From positions 1-28,576 of IMG/VR virus record IMGVR_UViG_3300032086_000436: DNA of 28,576 nucleotides; one strand, 5' to 3'. How positions within the stretch are numbered: the first letter of the stretch is position 1; the number at the start of each line of letters is the position of its first letter. The position numbers and the translations under genes were made by a program. This DNA comes from a virus. Taxonomy: Duplodnaviria > Caudoviricetes. This document shows positions 17,730 through 27,297 of the stretch, piece after piece. Under the pieces are notes generated by a model, which was given only the letters and a program-made list of their open reading frames with translations, was not told where the DNA came from and did not search any database.

Positions 17730-18508
17730 TGTATACCAAGTACGATTACTGGATATTTCGTGGCTCTATTGACGAAAAAGTCTGTTCAGATATTATTGAA
17801 ATAGGCAGATCACAAATAGAACAAGAGAAGAATAAAGGTGTAGATGTAACAGGTCTTACTGGTGGTAATTCAGAAAAAACAGATGATGATGTACGTTTAG
17901 CTCTAGGTGATAGAACTTTACAACAAGCTAAAAAAGAGTTTGGTTTAACCGAAGAAAACATTTACAAAAAAACTTATATACGAGATAGTGAAATTACTTG
18001 GTTAAACAGAAACAAATATGATTGGATATATTCTACAATTATAGACCATGTAAATCAAGCAAACTTTGACGCAGGTTGGAGATACGATATTGATAGTTAT
18101 GATGACATACAATTTACAACGTATCGACCTGGTGGTTTTTATGGTTGGCATCCAGATGGTGGTTCAGATCACTTTGCTAAATTAAAAAGAGATATTCCTG
18201 GTGTAATACCGAATGAAGAAAAGGGTAGATTTACACATACTAAATCAGCTGATAGAGTTGGTAAAATAAGAAAACTATCTGTTACAGTAAACTTAAATAG
18301 TGGTGATGAATATATGGGTGGTGATCTTAAATTTTCTTTAGACGAACACCAAACAAAATACGATAGTAAAGAATTAATAATAGAAGAAGCAAAACAACCT
18401 GGAACAGTTATTGTTTTCCCAAGTTATAAGTATCATTGTGTAACACCAATTACACATGGTATTAGATATTCACTTGTATTGTGGATGTATGGAAGGCCGT
18501 TTAAATAA
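17729..18508 (+). CDS. 2OG-Fe(II) oxygenase, PKHD/prolyl-hydroxylase-like (HxD...H...R)
   Basis: QFTTYRPGGFYGWHPD, RKLSVTVNLN..EYMGGDL, VIVFPSYKYHCVTPITHGIRYSLVLW. Confidence 0.9.
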   Translation: MYTKYDYWIFRGSIDEKVCSDIIEIGRSQIEQEKNKGVDVTGLTGGNSEKTDDDVRLALGDRTLQQAKKEFGLTEENIYKKTYIRDSEITWLNRNKYDWIYSTIIDHVNQANFDAGWRYDIDSYDDIQFTTYRPGGFYGWHPDGGSDHFAKLKRDIPGVIPNEEKGRFTHTKSADRVGKIRKLSVTVNLNSGDEYMGGDLKFSLDEHQTKYDSKELIIEEAKQPGTVIVFPSYKYHCVTPITHGIRYSLVLWMYGRPFK

Positions 18509-19155
18509 TGAGATCAGTAGAATTTTTTAAAGCATATAGTTATTTACCTATTGAAGGTATCATATCGCCAAAGATGGCACACTTTCTATATCAATATGTT
18601 AAACAAAATGCATATAGATTATCTGTATTAGAAAATATGGATAAAGATATGAACGACCCTATATTAAGGGAGTTTCATGGAATATTTGATGACGCACAAG
18701 CTCCTGGTGATTTTAGTAAGTATGGTGATCCTACTTTTGATACTTTAATGTGTTATATCAAACCACAATTAGAGGTAATGACAGAATTAAAACTAACTGA
18801 AACATATTCGTATCACAGATTATATACAACAGGTACAGAATTAGTTAGACATAAAGATAGACCAAGTTGTGAAATAAGTATGACATTATGTTTAGGATAC
18901 GATATAATGAATTTACCTAAAGATCAACAAGAATGGAACTGGCCTATGTGGGTGCATACACATGGAGAAGATAAAGAAGTCTTTATGAAACCTGGAGACG
19001 GTATCATTTATAGAGGTTGTGATATAGAACATTGGCGTTTACCATATATTGGTAACAATCATGCTCAAGTATTTTTACACTATAATAGTGAATTGGAAAA
19101 CAAATTTGATAATAGACCATACGTAGGATTGCCTGGTTCGTATCGCTCTAAATAA
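18508..19155 (+). CDS. 2OG-Fe(II) oxygenase-like protein (HxD...H)
   Basis: YSYHRLY..GTELVRHKDRPSCEISMTLCLG, WPMW, MKPGDGIIYRGCDIEHWR, AQVFLHY. Confidence 0.8.
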   Translation: MRSVEFFKAYSYLPIEGIISPKMAHFLYQYVKQNAYRLSVLENMDKDMNDPILREFHGIFDDAQAPGDFSKYGDPTFDTLMCYIKPQLEVMTELKLTETYSYHRLYTTGTELVRHKDRPSCEISMTLCLGYDIMNLPKDQQEWNWPMWVHTHGEDKEVFMKPGDGIIYRGCDIEHWRLPYIGNNHAQVFLHYNSELENKFDNRPYVGLPGSYRSK

Positions 19156-19159
19156 TTTT

Positions 19160-20641
19160 ATGACGACAACAAGATATTTAATCATAGATAAAAAAGACGA
19201 AGTATATCTTAAAATAGAAGCTGACGCTGACATTAGAAGAGAACTTGGCGAGTACTTTACATTTGAAGTACCTGGTTTTAAGTTTATGCCTCAATATAGA
19301 AATAGAGTATGGGACGGAAAGATAAGATTATTTTCTTATGCAACTGGTCAAATATATGTGGGTTTATATCCTTATATTGTTAATTGGTGTAATGAAAACA
19401 AAGTGCAAATTGTAGATGGTACTAAAATAAAAGATAATGATATGGATGAAAAGTATATTGATAAGTTTCTAAAAGCATTAAAAATACCAAAGATAGAAAT
19501 AAGAGATTATCAACGAGAAGCGTTTATACATGCAGTAAAAAAAGATAGAACTTTATTACTATCGCCAACAGCTTCAGGTAAATCACTTATTGTTTACTTA
19601 ATATTGATCTATAATTTACTTAGATTAAAAGAAAAGAAAAATAATAAAGTATTAATTATTGTGCCTACAACATCTTTGGTAGAACAATTATTTAAAGATT
19701 TTAAAGACTATGGTTATAATAGTGATAGAAACGTACATAGAATATATCAAGGACATGGTAAAGATACAAACAAAAGAGTTGTCATATCAACATGGCAATC
19801 AATATATAATCAACCTAAAAAGTGGTTTGAACAATATGGTATGATAATAGGTGACGAAGCACACCTATTTAAAGCTGTATCATTAACAAAGATATTAACA
19901 AAATTAGATAAATGTAAATATAAAGTAGGTCTTACAGGTACTTTAGATGGTACAAAAACTCATAAATTAGTTTTAGAAGGACTGTTTGGTACAGTCAATA
20001 AAGTTGTATCTACAAGTCAGTTACAAGAAAACAAACAACTTGCAGATTTAAAAATAATGTGTTTAATATTAGAATATGATGACACAGCTAGAAACTTTTT
20101 AAAAGATAAGAACTACCAGGAAGAAATGGACTTTTTGGTATCTAATGAAAAAAGAAATAAGTTTATACGTAACTTGGCATCCAATTTACAAGGTAATACT
20201 CTATGTTTGTTTCAGTATGTAGAGAAACATGGAGAAGTACTATATAATATGATAAAAGATAAAGCTACAGACAAACAAGTATTTTATGTACACGGAGGTA
20301 TTGAAACAGATGAAAGAGAAAAAATCAGATCAATTACTGAAAAATCAGATAATGCTATTATCATTGCGTCTTACGGTACTTTCAGTACTGGTATTAATAT
20401 TCGCAACTTGCATAACATTATTTTTTCTTCACCTAGCAAATCCAGAATTAGAAATTTACAAAGTATTGGTAGGGGATTAAGATTAAAGGATAATAATTCA
20501 CATGCAACTTTATATGATATTGCAGATGATTTATCATACAACGAGAAAGAGAACTATACATTGGCACATTTTAGAGAAAGAATAAAGATATACGGTGGAG
20601 AAGAGTTTAATTATGAAATCCACAGCGTTGAACTTAAATAA
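19160..20641 (+). CDS. uvsW: SF2 DNA helicase UvsW
   Basis: WDGKIRLF, RDYQ, SPTASGKS, DEAH, LTGT, STGINI, QSIGRGLR. Confidence 0.96.
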   Translation: MTTTRYLIIDKKDEVYLKIEADADIRRELGEYFTFEVPGFKFMPQYRNRVWDGKIRLFSYATGQIYVGLYPYIVNWCNENKVQIVDGTKIKDNDMDEKYIDKFLKALKIPKIEIRDYQREAFIHAVKKDRTLLLSPTASGKSLIVYLILIYNLLRLKEKKNNKVLIIVPTTSLVEQLFKDFKDYGYNSDRNVHRIYQGHGKDTNKRVVISTWQSIYNQPKKWFEQYGMIIGDEAHLFKAVSLTKILTKLDKCKYKVGLTGTLDGTKTHKLVLEGLFGTVNKVVSTSQLQENKQLADLKIMCLILEYDDTARNFLKDKNYQEEMDFLVSNEKRNKFIRNLASNLQGNTLCLFQYVEKHGEVLYNMIKDKATDKQVFYVHGGIETDEREKIRSITEKSDNAIIIASYGTFSTGINIRNLHNIIFSSPSKSRIRNLQSIGRGLRLKDNNSHATLYDIADDLSYNEKENYTLAHFRERIKIYGGEEFNYEIHSVELK

Positions 20642-20644
20642 ATA
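20637..20644 (+). promoter_or_regulatory. Possible late promoter AATAAATA overlapping the uvsW stop
   Basis: ATAAATA core 5 nt upstream of the next ATG, same geometry as at gp3. Confidence 0.5.
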
Positions 20645-20649
20645 GTTAT

Positions 20650-21081
20650 ATGGATAAAAGTAAAATAACAGACGGCGTAAAGATTGTAAAGTTAATGAAC
20701 GGTGACGATATAGTTACTATTTTACCTAAAGAACAATTAGGTGATAAATCGCCGTTCCTGAGATTAAGCAAACCCTTACAAATTAAATATGTACCACAGT
20801 TTACTGATGGTGGTCTTAAAGATTATGTAGCTTTGATAAGGTGGACAAACTATACACATGATGAAATTGTATCTATCCCTAAAGATAAGATATTAACTAT
20901 AACAAATGCTTCTAATGAAATGTCTAAATCATATAACGTAGTAAGTGTCAGTTATTCTAAATTAGAAGAGAAACAAAAGAATGATAAGATATACTCACAA
21001 GAAAGAATGTCAGATGATAAAAATGAAGAGTATAACGAAATATTTGATGAGTTCAGAGATATTAAGAAGACTGTACACTAG
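20650..21081 (+). CDS. Hypothetical protein (possible Sm-like fold) between uvsW and gp55
   Basis: VKIVKLMNGDDIV N-terminal strand pattern; C-terminal TVH; position typical of marine T4-like phages. Confidence 0.65.
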   Translation: MDKSKITDGVKIVKLMNGDDIVTILPKEQLGDKSPFLRLSKPLQIKYVPQFTDGGLKDYVALIRWTNYTHDEIVSIPKDKILTITNASNEMSKSYNVVSVSYSKLEEKQKNDKIYSQERMSDDKNEEYNEIFDEFRDIKKTVH

Positions 21082-21118
21082 CAGCTAAGGTATCTCTCAT
21101 CAACCGGGGACACCCCCT

Positions 21119-21146
21119 ATTATATGTATTTTGGCATGAATGTCAA
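21119..21146 (-). promoter_or_regulatory. Antisense sigma70 promoter TTGACA-N16-TATAAT
   Basis: TGTCAA at 21141-21146 and ATTATA at 21119-21124 give two perfect hexamers on the minus strand. Confidence 0.7.
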
Positions 21147-21158
21147 TAGTGGATTGAA

Positions 21159-21740
21159 ATGAAAATAGAAAAAATTAATAGTTTTTATATTATCAAAAAG
21201 TTAGATAATCATAATGAAATAAAAGATAAGATTTTACAATGCATAAGTGAGCTTCCTGTAATTTCTAAAAATACTAATAAAGACATTATTTCCAACTCAG
21301 ATTGGGATTTACCACGTGAACATAAACGTGAATACTTAGATATATTCTTTGGTAATATAGTACCATATATGCATGAAATGGCAGAGTTTTTACATTGCGA
21401 GAACTGGCAAATTATAAATGCATGGTTCCAACAATATAATCAATCAGATAAACACGAATGGCATACTCATCCAGATAGTAATTATACCAACGTATATTAC
21501 TTAGAACTACCAGATACACGTATGAAAACACAGATATTTGACGTGGTAGATAAAAAATTAATCAAAGACATTGAAGTACAAGAGGGAGATATATTAACTT
21601 TTCCAGCTGGCATGTTACATAAATCATATCCATCGGAACAGAATTTGAGAAAGACTATTATCTCATTTAACACCTCTTTTAGTGTAGCAAAAAATAAAGA
21701 ATTAGATCAACTTGGCATTGACAATTTAGACAACTTATAG
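21159..21740 (+). CDS. DSBH/2OG-Fe(II) oxygenase-like protein (HxH...H)
   Basis: AWFQQY...HEWHTH...TNVYYL...EGDILTFP..MLHKS...KTIISFN. Confidence 0.8.
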   Translation: MKIEKINSFYIIKKLDNHNEIKDKILQCISELPVISKNTNKDIISNSDWDLPREHKREYLDIFFGNIVPYMHEMAEFLHCENWQIINAWFQQYNQSDKHEWHTHPDSNYTNVYYLELPDTRMKTQIFDVVDKKLIKDIEVQEGDILTFPAGMLHKSYPSEQNLRKTIISFNTSFSVAKNKELDQLGIDNLDNL

Positions 21741-21746
21741 TATATT
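21718..21746 (+). promoter_or_regulatory. Sigma70-type promoter for gp55
   Basis: TTGACA-N17-TATATT, embedded in the 3' end of the upstream oxygenase gene. Confidence 0.75.
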
Positions 21747-21755
21747 GGAGATATT

Positions 21756-22298
21756 ATGGCACAAACAAAAAAGAAACCGGAACATTACGTAGATAATAAA
21801 AAATTTCTACAAGCAATGATTCTATATCGAAAATCTGTTAACAAGGCTAAAAGAGCTAAAGAAGAAAAACCACCTGTTACAGATTATATCGGTGAATGTT
21901 TTTTAAAAATTGCAAATCATTTATCATACAGACCAAATTTTATAAATTATACTTTTAGAGATGATATGATTTCCGATGGTATTGAGAACTGTTTACAATA
22001 CTTAGACAATTTCAATCCAACGAAATCAAATAATCCATTTGCTTATTTTACACAAATCATTTATTTTGCTTTTATTAGAAGAATACAGAAAGAAAAAAAA
22101 CAAGTAACAATCAAACAAAAACTAATAACAGAAGCAAACTATGATGATATGACATTACAACCTGGTGAAGATAGAGAATTTAAAAATCAATTTACAGAAT
22201 TTTTACAAAAGAATACTATTGTAGATGAACCTGCTAAAAAAGAAAAGAAGAAAAGAAAACCAAGGAAAACAAAAAGTACTTTAGAATACTTTATGTGA
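21756..22298 (+). CDS. gp55: Late-transcription sigma factor gp55
   Basis: HYVDNKKF, IGECFLKIA..LSYRPNFINY, MISDGIENCLQY, NPFAYFTQIIY.AFIRRIQKEKKQ. Confidence 0.96.
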   Translation: MAQTKKKPEHYVDNKKFLQAMILYRKSVNKAKRAKEEKPPVTDYIGECFLKIANHLSYRPNFINYTFRDDMISDGIENCLQYLDNFNPTKSNNPFAYFTQIIYFAFIRRIQKEKKQVTIKQKLITEANYDDMTLQPGEDREFKNQFTEFLQKNTIVDEPAKKEKKKRKPRKTKSTLEYFM

Positions 22299-22882
22299 TG
22301 AATAGAACATTTATATTTCCTAGTGAAATATATGAGACCAAGTTAGATGTAAATAATAAAGAACTTGCACAACATATATTACTACTAGAAAAAGAAACAG
22401 ATTCTACCAATCTATCAAATGTTGGTGGTTGGCAAAGTGATGATGAGTTTATAAAGTCTGAACATGCTGAAGAAGTAAAAGAAGCAATTGCTTTAGCTGT
22501 TGTAGATATTTGTAACTCATTGCCTTATAAAAAATCTGTTAAAGTAATTATGGATAACGGTTGGGCTAATGTCAATCGTTTTAAAGATTATAATAATCCA
22601 CATGAACATCCGCATTGTATTTGGTCGTGTGTTTATTATGTACAAGCTGATGATGACTCAGGTAATATAACGTTCTTAGATCCAAAAGTAAAACGCACAA
22701 TGTATAATGATGAGATTTATTTAGAAAACTTAACCAATCCAGCAAGTACATTTACTTATCAATGCGTTCCACAAACAGGTAAGTTAATTGTATTTCCTTC
22801 TTATTTAACACATAGAGTAGAACCTAATTTAACAGCTAATCCTAGAATTAGTATTAGTTGTAATTTTTATTTAGAATTATGA
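22298..22882 (+). CDS. TIGR02466-like DSBH/2OG-Fe(II) oxygenase (HxH...H)
   Basis: IFPSEIY, SNVGGWQS, WANVN...NNPHEHP...WSCVYYV, GNITFLDP, LIVFPSYLTHRVEPN...RISISCN; TGATG overlap with gp55. Confidence 0.87.
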   Translation: MNRTFIFPSEIYETKLDVNNKELAQHILLLEKETDSTNLSNVGGWQSDDEFIKSEHAEEVKEAIALAVVDICNSLPYKKSVKVIMDNGWANVNRFKDYNNPHEHPHCIWSCVYYVQADDDSGNITFLDPKVKRTMYNDEIYLENLTNPASTFTYQCVPQTGKLIVFPSYLTHRVEPNLTANPRISISCNFYLEL

Positions 22883-23925
22883 AGATAGCTTTATTAAACG
22901 ACACACATTTTGGTTGCAGAAACGATAGTCCTGCATTTATAGAATATCAAAATAAATTTTATAATGATACCTTTTTTCCATATTTAATAGAAAACAATAT
23001 CAAAACTTTAGTGCATTTAGGTGATGTTGTTGATAGAAGAAAATTTATTAATCATAACACAGCACACAATTTTAAGAAAGTATTTTGGAATAGATTAGAA
23101 GAACTAGGTATTGATACACATATTATTATAGGTAACCACGATACTTACTATAAAAACACAAATGAAGTAAACGCATTGCAAAATTTAAATATTAGTAAAG
23201 ACGCTAAGATTTACACAGCTGCGACAGATGTAACCATTGGTGGTTTAGATATATTATTCCTACCGTGGATTTGTGATGATAATTTAGAAGATAGTTTATT
23301 ATCTATTGACCAAACATCAGCTGAAATAGTTATGGGGCATTTAGAAGTAAAAGGTTTTGAAATGCATAAAGGCGTATTTAATGACCATGGTTTAGAAAAA
23401 GATCAATTTACAAAGTTTGAAAAAGTATTATCTGGTCACTTTCATAAAAAATCAGATGATGGTCGTATCTATTATTTGGGTACACAATACGAGATTACAT
23501 GGTCAGATTATAGATGTCCTAAAGGTTTTCATATCTTTGATACAGAAACAAGAGAACTAGAAAGAGTATCTAATCCTTTAAGAATGTTTAAAAAGTTTTA
23601 CTATGATGATGTTGATAAAAACTACACAGCTATAGATTTATCAGAATATGATAATTGTTTTGTTAAGATATTTGTACAAAATAAAACAGATGATGATATG
23701 TACAATAACTTATTAGAAAGATTTTACAATACTATTAATGTACACGAATTACAGATTGTGGATGCACCAAGTGATTTAACCACAAGTGTACGAGAAGATA
23801 TATTAGACCATGGCGAAGATACTTTGACCTTTTTAGGTAACTATATTGACCAAATACAAGCAGACGTTGATAAAGAAAAACTAAAGAAGTTTGCAAAAGA
23901 GTTATATACGGAGGCAAGTGAGTAA
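22879..23925 (+). CDS. gp47: Recombination endonuclease subunit gp47 (Mre11/SbcD-like)
   Basis: DTHFG, LGDVVD, GNHD, GHLE, SGHFH phosphoesterase motifs. Confidence 0.96.
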   Translation: MKIALLNDTHFGCRNDSPAFIEYQNKFYNDTFFPYLIENNIKTLVHLGDVVDRRKFINHNTAHNFKKVFWNRLEELGIDTHIIIGNHDTYYKNTNEVNALQNLNISKDAKIYTAATDVTIGGLDILFLPWICDDNLEDSLLSIDQTSAEIVMGHLEVKGFEMHKGVFNDHGLEKDQFTKFEKVLSGHFHKKSDDGRIYYLGTQYEITWSDYRCPKGFHIFDTETRELERVSNPLRMFKKFYYDDVDKNYTAIDLSEYDNCFVKIFVQNKTDDDMYNNLLERFYNTINVHELQIVDAPSDLTTSVREDILDHGEDTLTFLGNYIDQIQADVDKEKLKKFAKELYTEASE

Positions 23926-24521
23926 TGGAGTATTTTCATTGGGGTCCTTTAGTAGGTATCTTTAACGTAGATAAAGTTCTTGTTGATGAAATGCTACGTA
24001 GAGGTGATCTTACCAAAGAACCTGCACACGATCATTTAGCTGGTCATTTTAATACTGAATTTTATTTTACAAAAGAAGATAAACGTTATTTTATAGAACA
24101 AACTAGAAAGTATTGGGACGAGTATTTAATAACTGCTGAACAACATTTTTCAGTAAAGATGGCAGATCATTTACATTTAGAAAGTTTGTGGATTAATTAC
24201 ATGGGACCTAATAATTTTAATCCAGTACATACTCATACAGCAGATTTATCTTTTGTACTTTACTTAGATGTACCAAAAGAATTAGAAGAAGAAAATAGAT
24301 TATATAAAAATAACGATAAATCTGCTGGTCCAGGTGCTATTTCTTTTTTATGGGGAGAAGGTAGCAGTAGAGATGTTATTATAAACAATAACAGATTACC
24401 TAAAACAGGAGAGTTTTATATCTTTCCAACACATTTAAGACACATGGTTTATCCTTTTAAATCAGATGTAACAAGAGTATCAATGTCAGGCAACTTAGAG
24501 TATAGAAATGATAGTATTTAA
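23925..24521 (+). CDS. DSBH/2OG-Fe(II) oxygenase-like protein (HxH...H)
   Basis: LWINYM...FNPVHTH..DLSFVLYL, GAISF.WG, FYIFPTHLRHMVYPF...RVSMSGN. Confidence 0.83.
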   Translation: MEYFHWGPLVGIFNVDKVLVDEMLRRGDLTKEPAHDHLAGHFNTEFYFTKEDKRYFIEQTRKYWDEYLITAEQHFSVKMADHLHLESLWINYMGPNNFNPVHTHTADLSFVLYLDVPKELEEENRLYKNNDKSAGPGAISFLWGEGSSRDVIINNNRLPKTGEFYIFPTHLRHMVYPFKSDVTRVSMSGNLEYRNDSI

Positions 24522-26223
24522 AAAGATAAAATATAAAAATTTTCTATCAACAGGTAATACACCTATTGAAGTAGATTTTAATAAAGCTCAAACAACTCTA
24601 ATTGTAGGTAATAATGGAAGTGGTAAGTCAACACTATTAGACGCATTATGTTTTGTTCTATTTAACAAACCATTTAGAATAATTAAGAAAGAACAAATGG
24701 TCAATACTATTAACAATGGTGACGCTATGGTTGAAGTATTTTTTGATGTAGGTACCAAACAATATCAAATACGAAGAGGTATCAAACCAAATATATTTGA
24801 AATATTTTGTAATGGTGAACTTATCAACCAAGAAGCTAATAATATAGATTATCAAAAATACTTAGAACAAAATATAATGAAACTAAATTATAGATCATTT
24901 ATTCAGGTCGTAATACTAGGTTCTTCATCATACGAACCTTTTATGAAGATGAAACCACGTTATAGACGAGAAGTTGTTGAAGAAATACTTGATATTAGAG
25001 TTTTTGGTCTTATGGACTTAATATTACGTTCCCAACAGAGTGATCTACAGAAAAAGTTAACGGAGGTACGTCACCAATGCGATTTGATACGTACCAAATA
25101 CGAAACTGAAGCAAAGTATCTAAAGTCATTGGAAGCGCAAGGAAACGACAACCAGACGGTTAAGCAAAATAAACTAGAGGAAAACACTAGAAAAAGTGCA
25201 GAATTTGAAACAAAACTACAAAAGATCAATGAAGAGATTGCCGTAGCTACAAATCAACTAGTAGATGAACCTAAAACAAAAACCAATCTATCTAAATTAG
25301 AAAAGTTAGAAGCAAAAATAGATAATAATATTAAATCACATAAAAAGACATTGGCATTTTTTAAAGAGAATGATACTTGTCCTGTATGCACACAGCATAT
25401 TGATGAAGAGTTTAAACAAGATAAGTGTTCACATACTGAAAAAAAGGTAAATGAACTACAAGGTGGTTATGAAAAACTATTAGAAGAAATATCTAAACAT
25501 GAAACTAAACTATCTGAGTTTGGTGTTATATCAAAAAAGATACAAGATATGAATATGGATGTTACTAGAATTAAAACATCATTAGAAGGTATCAAAGCTC
25601 AGAGTGACCACATACAAGAAGAACTAAAACTAGTAAATAGAAGTAAAGTAGATACTGATAGTATTAATAAAGAATTAGAACAAATGATGGTATCACTAAA
25701 AGAAGAAGAACAAAACTTAGAAAAAGTAAAAGAAGAAAAAGGTTATGTAGATATATTACGTGAGATACTAAACGACAAAGGTGCTAAATCTAAAATTATA
25801 AAGAAATACGTACCTATAATGAATAATTTAATTAACAAATATTTACAAGCTATGGACTTCTTTATATCTTTTAATTTAGATGAAGAGTTTAACGAAACAG
25901 TAAAAAGTAGATTTAGAGATACATTTAATTATAATAACTTTAGTGAGGGTGAAAAAATGAGAATAGACCTTGCATTGTTATTTACTTGGAGAGATATTGC
26001 AAGATTGAAGAATAGTACAAATACCAACCTATTAGTACTTGATGAAATATTTGATAGTAGTTTAGATGGTCAAGGAACAGATGACTTTTTTAAGATTATA
26101 AATTCTTTAGAAAAAGAAAACATCTTTATTATATCACATAAGGGAGATATACTATTTGACAAATTTAAAAATGTAGTTAAGTTTGAAAAATATAAAAACT
26201 TTACAAGGTTACAAAATGCATAA
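24508..26223 (+). CDS. gp46: Recombination ATPase subunit gp46 (Rad50/SbcC-like)
   Basis: KNFLSTGN, Walker A GNNGSGKST, zinc hook CPVC, signature FSEGE, Walker B LLVLDE, ISH. Confidence 0.96.
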   Translation: MIVFKKIKYKNFLSTGNTPIEVDFNKAQTTLIVGNNGSGKSTLLDALCFVLFNKPFRIIKKEQMVNTINNGDAMVEVFFDVGTKQYQIRRGIKPNIFEIFCNGELINQEANNIDYQKYLEQNIMKLNYRSFIQVVILGSSSYEPFMKMKPRYRREVVEEILDIRVFGLMDLILRSQQSDLQKKLTEVRHQCDLIRTKYETEAKYLKSLEAQGNDNQTVKQNKLEENTRKSAEFETKLQKINEEIAVATNQLVDEPKTKTNLSKLEKLEAKIDNNIKSHKKTLAFFKENDTCPVCTQHIDEEFKQDKCSHTEKKVNELQGGYEKLLEEISKHETKLSEFGVISKKIQDMNMDVTRIKTSLEGIKAQSDHIQEELKLVNRSKVDTDSINKELEQMMVSLKEEEQNLEKVKEEKGYVDILREILNDKGAKSKIIKKYVPIMNNLINKYLQAMDFFISFNLDEEFNETVKSRFRDTFNYNNFSEGEKMRIDLALLFTWRDIARLKNSTNTNLLVLDEIFDSSLDGQGTDDFFKIINSLEKENIFIISHKGDILFDKFKNVVKFEKYKNFTRLQNA

Positions 26224-26815
26224 CGAAGTACATTTATTATTCGGCACACCTGTTTATATAAGTGGTGATTCATATAATTTACCAGAGGAAGATTTGTTTC
26301 ATATCAATACACAAGAAACTTATCCAAATGAAGGTGGTAATACAACATCAAAGAACTCTTATATATTAGAACAGTTTCCAGATTTAAAAGATTGGATATT
26401 AGATCAAATAGAACTATACAAAACAGAGGTTTTAAAAATACAAGATGAAGTATTTTTTGGTATAACTCAAAGCTGGTTGAATTATAATAGTAAAAAATCA
26501 TTTCATCATTCACACAATCATAGAAATAGTGTTATATCTGGTGTATTCTATGTAGAGGGTACAACACCAATAAGATTTGAAAGGAAAGATCATTACTTTC
26601 CACAATTTGATTTTAATTATAGTGAATATACTCCCTATAATTCTAGTCAGTATGATATACAGGTAAGTCCTGGTAAGTTATTCTTATTTCCTTCTTTACT
26701 AAATCATAGTGTATTGAGTAACGAAGATGATAAAGTAAGAATTAGTTTGGCGTTTAATACGTGGATGAAAGGAACAATAGGTGATACAGAGTGCAACACC
26801 AGATTGAAGTTATAG
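26216..26815 (+). CDS. TIGR02466-like DSBH/2OG-Fe(II) oxygenase (HxH...H)
   Basis: LFGTPVY, QSWLNY...HHSHNH.NSVISGVFY, LFLFPSLLNHSV...RISLAFN; ATG at 26216 overlaps the gp46 stop. Confidence 0.87.
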   Translation: MHNEVHLLFGTPVYISGDSYNLPEEDLFHINTQETYPNEGGNTTSKNSYILEQFPDLKDWILDQIELYKTEVLKIQDEVFFGITQSWLNYNSKKSFHHSHNHRNSVISGVFYVEGTTPIRFERKDHYFPQFDFNYSEYTPYNSSQYDIQVSPGKLFLFPSLLNHSVLSNEDDKVRISLAFNTWMKGTIGDTECNTRLKL

Positions 26816-27297
26816 ATAATTTCTTAGATGAAAACTTAGCTAAGTATATAGAAAGAAAAGTAGATAATACACACTTTCCTTGGTACTTGATAAAAAATGT
26901 AAACAAAGAATCAGCACCAAATGATTTTCAGTTTATGCATACTATAGTGGATTATGGCAACGAAAATAGTCATTATTTTAGAATAATCGAACCACTATTG
27001 ACAAATTTAAAGAAACCAATTAAAATAGTAAGAGCAAGAGTTAATTTATTTTGTAAGACAGATACAAATAGAGGTTTAGGATTTCATCAGGATATTATGG
27101 ATGATGAAGAACATAAGACTTTATTATATTACATAGAAGATAGTAATGGTTATACAGAATTTAATGACGGACAAAAAATAGAAAGTAAAAGAAACAGAGC
27201 TGTAATATTTGACGCCCATATTATACATCAAACGGTTACACAAACAGATAAACTTTTTAGAACAAATATAAATATTAATTATACAGAGGACGTATGA
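26791..27297 (+). CDS. 2OG-Fe(II) oxygenase-like protein (HxD...H...R)
   Basis: VIDNFL, FPWY, RARVNL...GFHQD, LYYI..SNGYTEF, NRAVIFD..IIH...RTNININY; GTG start. Confidence 0.8.
   Translation: MQHQIEVIDNFLDENLAKYIERKVDNTHFPWYLIKNVNKESAPNDFQFMHTIVDYGNENSHYFRIIEPLLTNLKKPIKIVRARVNLFCKTDTNRGLGFHQDIMDDEEHKTLLYYIEDSNGYTEFNDGQKIESKRNRAVIFDAHIIHQTVTQTDKLFRTNININYTEDV

Noticed and set aside
5376-26223. Introns or inteins in gp17, gp20, gp23, uvsW, gp47 or gp46
   Set aside because: ORFs are continuous, of ordinary length, with motifs in order and no intein-like termini seen.
26183-26815. HNH tripeptide suggesting a homing endonuclease
   Set aside because: It lies in the HxH metal motif of a TIGR02466-like fold; no HNH nuclease spacing or Cys pairs.
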